The translations under genes and the position numbers were made by a program. The notes beneath the pieces are model-generated. The model had not been told where the DNA came from, did no database searches, and saw only the letters and a program-made list of their open reading frames with translations. Below, piece after piece: positions 57,712-64,000 of a DNA stretch of 64,000 nucleotides. Positions within the stretch are counted from its first letter, which is position 1. Each line of letters begins with the position of its first letter. The DNA is from Spirochaetia bacterium (GTDB lineage Bacteria > Spirochaetota > Spirochaetia > SZUA-6 > Bin103), in assembly GCA_965203905.1 (NCBI GenBank), contig CBDBDQ010000005.1, positions 5,120,001-5,184,000 of the forward strand. The letters run 5' to 3'.

Positions 57712-58656
57712 TCAGTCTTCTCCGCAAAAAATCGCATCGTCAGCGCCACGTCGCGCGCTTCGGCGATATTGAACCTCCGATCGCTGCGCGCTGGAGCGTC
57801 TCTCCGTTTGGGCGTCGCGGTCGCGCGCCATCTCGACAATCCTTTCCGGGAATGCGCCTGCCGCCTCGATCGCGCCGACGCGCGCGCGGCTCGTGGACGG
57901 CTCGAAGTTGATCAGTCCCGAGTAATCCGCGGACTTCAACGCGTCGAACAACTCGACCCACTGTATGCGATCGCCTGCATGAAAGGGCGGGTAGTGGTCG
58001 GTATCCACGAATCCGTGGAGGTGGACGTGCCGAAGCCGGTGGCCGCAGATCCCGACTACCTCGGTAGGACCGCCAGGGCGCGTCATCGGGTTCTGATCGT
58101 TGCCGTCTCTGACATGTCCGATATCCAGGATCATGCCGACCTGCGGATGGTCCAGGTCGTCCAGGAACCGCACCCGATCCTCCACGGATACGCCGTCCCG
58201 ACTGAAGTTCTCAACCGTAATCACCACGTTGGTTCCTTCACAGTGGCGCGCCAGTTCCTCATAGCTCCTCTTGACTATGCCGTCCTCGGTGTCGCCGGCG
58301 TGACACCCCCACACCGTACCGCCCAGTTCGGTCAGCGTATCGAGCTGGCGCTGGCAGTGCGCGACCCGCTCGCGGCGGCGGTGCTCCGTGTCGACATCGT
58401 TGAAACTCGTCTTGTGTGCATGATACGCCGCGACCCGGACCCCGGCGGCGCTGCAGATCTGCCCGACATACCGCATCGACTCACCGTCGCTGAAGTCATA
58501 CTGTTCAAGGCTCTCAATGAGCTCAATCCGGACGATCCCATGCTCCGCCATTGCGGCCAGGCTGTGCTCGCACAACGGCTGGTACCTGATCAGCGCGAGC
58601 GTCGAAATACTGAGGCGCTCCCGAATCTCCGCTGCCGTATAGAATGCAGACTGCAC
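57712..58656 (-). CDS. Sugar phosphate isomerase/epimerase (TIM barrel)
   Basis: ITVEN, LDIGH, HVHLHG, DHYPP; GGGGAG RBS before GTG. Confidence 0.85.
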   Translation of the reverse strand: MQSAFYTAAEIRERLSISTLALIRYQPLCEHSLAAMAEHGIVRIELIESLEQYDFSDGESMRYVGQICSAAGVRVAAYHAHKTSFNDVDTEHRRRERVAHCQRQLDTLTELGGTVWGCHAGDTEDGIVKRSYEELARHCEGTNVVITVENFSRDGVSVEDRVRFLDDLDHPQVGMILDIGHVRDGNDQNPMTRPGGPTEVVGICGHRLRHVHLHGFVDTDHYPPFHAGDRIQWVELFDALKSADYSGLINFEPSTSRARVGAIEAAGAFPERIVEMARDRDAQTERRSSAQRSEVQYRRSARRGADDAIFCGED

Positions 58657-58749
58657 TATTACTCCCCTCTCTCACCAGTAGCCGCTCCGCAGGGACGGGC
58701 GCCCATGCGCTCCGGCCGGTCCTCACCGGCAGGGCTCGGTTCATCCCTT

Positions 58750-58990
58750 CAGCGATGTATACCGTGTTGAACATGAGACGGCCACACGCCGTACATGGGC
58801 AGGTATTGAAGACAAACAGCAGGACCACGGGCAGGGCCAGCAGCACGTAGAGAAACCGCATCTTCTTTGCCCTGATCCAGGTCTGCCGGCGAAGAATGCG
58901 CGTAACCTGGAGTGGTGGCGGGGCGACCGTCTCCACCGCCGAGTTGGCTCCGGTCGTGTCTCGGATGCTCCCGTTCTGTGCACCACTCAT
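58750..58990 (-). pseudogene. LplB-like permease 5' remnant
   Basis: AKKMRFLYVLLALPVVLLFVF/YLPMYGV/RLMFNTVYI parallels the N-terminus of 54294..55286, with frameshifts and a deletion. Confidence 0.75.
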
Positions 58991-59233
58991 GGCAGCCTCT
59001 CGAGCCGGTCCACAGCATACACCTCGATGCGCGTCTTTGACACCCCACTCAGGTGCGGCTTACTCCCGCTCCGGGCTGTCCGTCTGCAAGCGCCGTCGTT
59101 CCAGGAGATGAGTGCGCAGCAGGCGCTCGGAGCGCATCTAACGAGTCGCGGCCGGCCGATCATCGAGCGCGATGTACTCGGCGATCTCATCAAGGTCGGC
59201 CAGAGCCGGTCCCGCCCAGATCAGTCGAGCCAC
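58990..59233 (-). pseudogene. RelE/ParE family toxin, broken
   Basis: MARLIWAGPALADLDEIAEYIALDDRPAATR* followed directly by C-terminal MRSERLLR. Confidence 0.8.
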
Positions 59234-59478
59234 CTGGCCAGTATCTGTTTCGCTTCCGCTTCGGTACAGGTCCGGTTTTCATGCAGCGCGCGTTCGCCGC
59301 CGGCTATGCCCTCCAGGATCCGCATCTTGCTCTGCATCGCTTCGTAGGACTCCACGTCGACGAGGTATGCGGTGGGCCTGCCATGCTCCGTAATGAGGAC
59401 CGGCTCTCCAGATTCCTTGAGCTCGGCGAGGAGTCGAGTTGCCTTTCGCTTGAGCGTGGTTACGAGTTCGGTCTTCAT
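59221..59478 (-). CDS. Phd/YefM family antitoxin
   Basis: MKTELVTTLKRKAT...EPVLITEHGRPTAYLVDV; TATCAT-N6-ATG with the palindrome GAGTG(A/T)CACTC just upstream as a likely operator. Confidence 0.92.
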   Translation of the reverse strand: MKTELVTTLKRKATRLLAELKESGEPVLITEHGRPTAYLVDVESYEAMQSKMRILEGIAGGERALHENRTCTEAEAKQILARWLD

Positions 59479-59649
59479 GGCTAAATGATACTTGAGTGAC
59501 ACTCTCGATGTAACGCCGGGTTCCACGGGCTACTGACGACCCTGGCGACCCGGAGGCGCGGTAGAACAGACCGACACGCGGACGGGAAGTGGCGCACATG
59601 GAGTCCCACAGGTATGCTTGCGTGGCGTGCGTAGGCCTGACCTGACTGG

Positions 59650-60058
59650 AGACGTGCAACCATCCGACGATGTTCGGCTGAGGCAGTACGTGCGCGACCT
59701 CGGCCTGATCGCTCGCCAGGACCCGGTGCGCATGGCCAACCCGATTTACGCGGAGGTGGTGCCACGGGAACTCTCCTACGCAACCCAGGCACGGCTGGTG
59801 CAGGAGGTGGACGTGGAGAAGCTGATGGAAGCGTTCCAGACCTTCTTCCGGGAGCACTCGGAGCATTGGCTGGGGCGGTTCGACTATCAGGAGGCGGGGC
59901 CGCAGCTTCTCCTGCAGGCGTATCTGAAGCGGATCGTGAACGGGGGCGGGCGTATCGAGCGCGAGTACGGGCTGGGGTACGGCCGCACGGACCTGCTGAT
60001 CGTTTGGCCGTTCGGCGCCTCCGCCGATGGCGCCGCAGAGGTGACCAAGACGGTGATT
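59650..60058 (+). pseudogene. AAA ATPase / PD-(D/E)XK protein C-terminal fragment
   Basis: YVRDLGLI, ANPIYAEVVPREL, FQTFFREHSE, EAGPQLLLQAYL.RIVNGGGRIEREYGLG.GRTDL; no start, truncated. Confidence 0.8.
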
Positions 60059-60293
60059 GGCGCAGGCACGCGACCTGCCGCTTATCGTCGACGACAAGGA
60101 GGCACGCGCGGTGGCCGTAGTAGCTGGCGTGGCGCACGTGGGTACGGTGGGCGTACTGTTGGAAGCGTATCTGCGGCGATGCCTGGACTTGGGCGAATTT
60201 GAGGCAACGCTCCGGGATCTTAGTGAGATCCTCTGGCTGTCGCCGGTCGTGGTGGCGGAAGCACTGCGACTGGCGCGGGAGGAAGGAAGATGA
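60057..60293 (+). pseudogene. DUF3368 (PIN-like) toxin, 5'-truncated
   Basis: LIVDDKEARAVA...VGTVGVLLEA C-terminal half only; coupled to the UPF0175 gene. Confidence 0.75.
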
Positions 60294-60610
60294 AGAAAGA
60301 GCAGATGGTGGGTACCCGCCTGCCGTTGGATCTCGTCCGCGGGCTGGAGCTGATCGAGGATGTCGAGCAATCCGATCGTTCAACCACATTGCGGCGGCTG
60401 CTCGCGAAGGCCATCGAACAATGGAAGCTCGAGCACTACGCCAGGCTCTTTGGCCACGGCAAGCTCACCCTGGCGCGAGCGGCGCGTGAAGCAGGAGTCA
60501 CCTTGTGGGAAATGATGGATTTCACGCGCAGCAACAAGATAGCGGTCCAATACGGCCTGGAGGACCTCCGTCAGGACATGGAAGTCATTCGGAGCAGGCT
60601 GGACCCGTGA
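60290..60610 (+). CDS. UPF0175 family antitoxin-like protein
   Basis: RHH-like N-terminus, GKLTLARAAREAGVTLWEM, YGLEDLRQD. Confidence 0.85.
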   Translation: MKKEQMVGTRLPLDLVRGLELIEDVEQSDRSTTLRRLLAKAIEQWKLEHYARLFGHGKLTLARAAREAGVTLWEMMDFTRSNKIAVQYGLEDLRQDMEVIRSRLDP

Positions 60611-60620
60611 TGATGCCGGC

Positions 60621-61460
60621 TCAGCGGTCGCCGGCGCCGATCGAGGCCAGGCCCTTGCGGAAGTAGGCGCCGACCGTGAAGTAGAGGATGATCACCGGCA
60701 GCATGTAGATCAGGCACATGGTGGCCAGCTTGGGGAAGTCGACGTTCTCGTCCAGGCCGAAGGCGGTGAACATGCCCACCGACACGGGGTACTTGTCGGT
60801 GCTGCTGAGCAGCACCAGGGGCATGATGAAGCCGCCCCAGGCGGCATCGAACGAAAGCACTCCGACGGCGCCAATGCCCGGCACGATCAGCGGCAGGACC
60901 ACCGTTCCCAGGATCTTCAACCGCGAGGCGCCGTCGAGTTGCGCCGCCTCCTCCAGTTCGACCGGGACCGCGTCGATCGCCCCCTTCATGATCCACAGGT
61001 TGAACGGTGTGGTGATGCCGACGTACACCAGCACCAGACCGAGGTGGGTGTCCAGCAGGCCCAGCCACAGCATCATCCCGAACACCGGCACGATGATCAG
61101 CGTCGAAGGAATGACCCGCGTCAGGATGATCCCGTACATCAGCGTCGCCTTGCCGCGGAAGGTGCCCCGCGACAGGGCGTAGCCGCCGGTCACGCTCGCC
61201 GCCAGCGCCAGCAGGGTGGTGGAGCTGGCGATGATGAAGCTGTTTCGCGTCCAGCGCAGGGTCTGCCCGGTGAACGCTTCGATGATGTTGGCGAGCGTCG
61301 GCTGTGCCGGGAAACGGAGCTGCAGGTTCGCCTGCGTGGAGAGCGCGGTGAAGATCAGCCACAGGTAGGGCGCGAACACGTAGAACAGCAGCGCGGCAAA
61401 CGCCAGATAGACGGCGCCGTGCAGTAGCGCCGGCCGTGCGGAACTAAGCCTCGATAACAC
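60621..61460 (-). CDS. Carbohydrate ABC permease (MalG-like)
   Basis: VPVELEEAAQLDGAS EAA motif. Confidence 0.93.
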   Translation of the reverse strand: MLSRLSSARPALLHGAVYLAFAALLFYVFAPYLWLIFTALSTQANLQLRFPAQPTLANIIEAFTGQTLRWTRNSFIIASSTTLLALAASVTGGYALSRGTFRGKATLMYGIILTRVIPSTLIIVPVFGMMLWLGLLDTHLGLVLVYVGITTPFNLWIMKGAIDAVPVELEEAAQLDGASRLKILGTVVLPLIVPGIGAVGVLSFDAAWGGFIMPLVLLSSTDKYPVSVGMFTAFGLDENVDFPKLATMCLIYMLPVIILYFTVGAYFRKGLASIGAGDR

Positions 61461-62316
61461 GGTTCAACCTGATGTAGATCAGCCCCAGCCCTACCGTGAG
61501 CATGAGAATCACGGTGCTCGCCGCGCCGGCATAGCCCAGCGCCATGTGGCCGAACGCCTCGTTGTAAAGGTAGATCGCGAACACCTCGGTACGTCCCAGC
61601 GGCCCGCCGCCGGTCAGGCCGTACACCATGTCGAACGCCAGCAGGGTGCCGAAGGTGCTCATCAGCACGGTCAGCAGGAGGCTGTAGCGGATCATCGGGA
61701 TCTTGATGTACAGGAAGGTCTGCCAGGCGGACGCGCCGTCGATCTTGGAGGCGTCGTAGACGGTGGACGGGATGCTCTCCAGGCCGGCCGACAGCAGGAT
61801 GAACGCCACCGCCATGCCGCGCGACCAGTTGGCCATGAGAATCGAGATCAGCGGGTAGTTGCGCAGCCAGTCGATGCGCGCCAGCCCGATGAGCTGCAGC
61901 AGGTCGTTGAGCGAGCCGTAGTCGACGTTCAGCACGCTGCGCCACATGTAGCCCACCACCAGGCCCGGGGTCAGCCACGGGATCAGCATGCTCACCGAGA
62001 TTACCTTGGTGAAGCGGATGCGCGGGACCCTGATCAGGTTTGCGTACAGCAGCCCGAGCGCGACGTGACCGATCACGGCCAGCAGCACGAACGACAACGT
62101 GACCGCGGTGCTGTTGTAGAAGTCGCGGTCCTGCATCAGCCGCGCGAAGTTGCGCAGCCCGACGAAGCGGACGCCGCGCGTCGGGTCCCCCCACAGGTTG
62201 AAGTCCGTGAACCCGAGCGCGACGGTCCAGAAGAACGGCGCCACGAACACCGCCATGATCATGGCCAGGCCCGGCACCAGGAACAGGAACGGTTGTCGCC
62301 GCAGTCGTTGCGTCAC
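61444..62316 (-). CDS. Carbohydrate ABC permease (MalF-like)
   Basis: FVGLRNF, IPSTVYDASKIDGAS, LTGGGP. Confidence 0.93.
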   Translation of the reverse strand: MTQRLRRQPFLFLVPGLAMIMAVFVAPFFWTVALGFTDFNLWGDPTRGVRFVGLRNFARLMQDRDFYNSTAVTLSFVLLAVIGHVALGLLYANLIRVPRIRFTKVISVSMLIPWLTPGLVVGYMWRSVLNVDYGSLNDLLQLIGLARIDWLRNYPLISILMANWSRGMAVAFILLSAGLESIPSTVYDASKIDGASAWQTFLYIKIPMIRYSLLLTVLMSTFGTLLAFDMVYGLTGGGPLGRTEVFAIYLYNEAFGHMALGYAGAASTVILMLTVGLGLIYIRLNRVIEA

Positions 62317-62424
62317 CGGCTTGGCATCTTGCGGGCGGCAACCGCCGCCCTGCCGCGGCCGGTACGGTGGGTGCCGTCAGGACACGCCCGCACCGGCCGG
62401 AACGAGTTTCCGCTCTACCGCCGC

Positions 62425-63822
62425 CTACAGGTCGATCTCGTACTTGACTTTGTCAGGCCCCATGAGCTGCTCCATCTCGCGCGCGAAGTGCTCCATCGCC
62501 TCCAGGCCGGTCCACTCGCCGATGATGATCCGGCCGATCGCTTCGCGGATGGCGTTCTCGGGACGGCCGCCAAAGTCGGCCACGAAGTGCGGCTTCATGT
62601 AGGTGTATTCCAGCCACGTGCTGGTCTCGGCCAGGAACGGGTTGGCCTGGAAGGTCGGATGCTGCATCACGTCCCAGCGGGTGGCGGCCTGGCCCTTGGT
62701 GGCGTTGTACTTGGCCTGGCGTTCGGTAGCGGAGAGGAACTTGATGAGTTCCCATGCGGTATCGGCGCGCTCGGTGCTGCTGGCCGGGATCATGTAGTTC
62801 CAGCCGCCCGATTGCGAAACCCAGTCCTGCCCGCGGTAGCTGGCGCCCGGTTCCCTGGCCGGCATCCTCGCGTAGCCCACGGTCTCCTGCAGGTTCGGGA
62901 TCGGGTGCGACCGGCCCTCGCTCCAGTGGAACATGTAGGCCCACGACCCGTACAGGTTGATCGCCCCGGTGCCGTTCTGGAACGCCTCGATCGACCAGTC
63001 ATTGGCCTGGCCGCCCACGGCGCGCTCGGGATTGAGCAGACCGCGCTCGGCCATGGTCTGGTAGAATTCGAACACGTCCAGCAGCGGCTGGCTGGTCACG
63101 ACCCACTTCTCGTCGTCGTAGTCGTAGAGCAGGCCGCCGGCGCCGTTGAACAGCAGGTTGAAGCGGCTGAACGTGACCTGGGCGCCCGCCTCCTTGCCGC
63201 CGATGAACAGCAGCGGCGTGACCTCCGGCAGGGACGCCTTGATCTGCTCCGCGGCGTCCAGAATTTCCTGCCAACTGGCCGGCTGCCACTCGGTGGGGAG
63301 CCCCGCCTGGGCAAACAGATCCTTGCGGTAGTAGAGCGGGATGGCGCTCGATTGAATGGGAATCATGTAGACGTGGCCGTCGTACCCCATCCAGCGCCGG
63401 AACGGTTCTATCACCTGGTCCCACAGCTCCCAGTCCGCCACGTAGTCGTCGAGCGGCATCAGGAACCCGGCGCGCATGTAGTTCTGAGACCGGCCGGTCT
63501 CCTCGAACAGCAGGTCCGGCCCCTGGCCCGAGCGCAACTCCAGCGTATTCTTGGTGGTGTACTCGGCATTCGGCCCCGCGAAATACTGCAGGTCCACGGT
63601 AACCGGCGTACCGGCATCGGCCATCATCCGTTCGAACTCGGCGATGTCCTCGGCCACGTCGGGATCGAATCCGGGCGAGTTGGGGCGCAGCTTGAAGGTG
63701 AGCACCACCGGCTCGTCAGGCGCGGCGGCGGTCTCCTCCTGTCCCGCCGCTCCGAGCGGGACAACGGCCACCCCGGCCAGGAACAGTACCGTCAGCAGGT
63801 ATCGCAAAGACTTCGTGTTCAT
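62425..63822 (-). CDS. Carbohydrate ABC substrate-binding protein (family 1)
   Basis: Signal peptide, SGQGPDL, LYYRKDLFAQAGL, GGWNYMI; GGAGG RBS. Confidence 0.92.
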   Translation of the reverse strand: MNTKSLRYLLTVLFLAGVAVVPLGAAGQEETAAAPDEPVVLTFKLRPNSPGFDPDVAEDIAEFERMMADAGTPVTVDLQYFAGPNAEYTTKNTLELRSGQGPDLLFEETGRSQNYMRAGFLMPLDDYVADWELWDQVIEPFRRWMGYDGHVYMIPIQSSAIPLYYRKDLFAQAGLPTEWQPASWQEILDAAEQIKASLPEVTPLLFIGGKEAGAQVTFSRFNLLFNGAGGLLYDYDDEKWVVTSQPLLDVFEFYQTMAERGLLNPERAVGGQANDWSIEAFQNGTGAINLYGSWAYMFHWSEGRSHPIPNLQETVGYARMPAREPGASYRGQDWVSQSGGWNYMIPASSTERADTAWELIKFLSATERQAKYNATKGQAATRWDVMQHPTFQANPFLAETSTWLEYTYMKPHFVADFGGRPENAIREAIGRIIIGEWTGLEAMEHFAREMEQLMGPDKVKYEIDL

Positions 63823-64000
63823 CACAACCTCCACTTCTTTCGCTGCCGCTACCGGCAGCGGCTCGGACATCTTGAATCACTCCCGTTGCCCTTGCAACCC
63901 GGACTCGCCGGGGGAGCCAGCGGTCAGGTGGTGTGCGGGCCGGGCTCCTCGGACAGGTACATCTGTATGCCCCACGGTTCGAAGCCGTGCCGGCGGTAGA

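Noticed and set aside
61546-63999. Long antisense ORFs (817 aa here; also 46554..48638, 24276..26132, 22804..24285 and others)
   Set aside because: Shadow frames of real high-GC genes on the opposite strand; no recognisable motifs.

Overview
High-GC bacterial accessory region. The Cys-less signal peptides of the substrate-binding proteins (SBPs) and the gene content suggest a Spirochaetaceae-like, probably marine or host-associated organism (inference only). Positions 2.5-26.5 kb are a decaying tandem array of three peptide/nickel-type (family 5) ABC operons (SBP-permB-permC, no ATPase) plus extra permease copies and fragments. Toxin-antitoxin/defence cassettes sit between them (DUF433/DUF5615, DUF4160/DUF2442, DUF4258/YgiT, Phd/VapC, Uma2, AAA-ATPase/PD-(D/E)XK), along with tRNA-Ser(CGA) and IS91 and IS66 remnants. 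The rest holds six PhyH-family dioxygenases in total, a sulfatase, a sialidase-like protein, a desaturase, an RhlE-like helicase, an intact IS110 with a readable bridge-RNA-like leader, a large HNH nuclease, a phosphonoacetate hydrolase/ADH/ALDH phosphonate operon, a lower-GC PhnP-like + sugar ABC block, and a second sugar ABC operon. The most notable unexplained structures are: (1) a ~500-nt leader repeated before all three family-5 SBPs, with an atypical promoter, a homologous poly-proline uORF on a poly-C tract and a covarying stem; (2) defence cassettes in interchangeable slots flanked by duplicated host-gene fragments; (3) an IS91 transposase broken by five tiny hairpin insertions. All family assignments come from motif recognition by eye, not from database searches.
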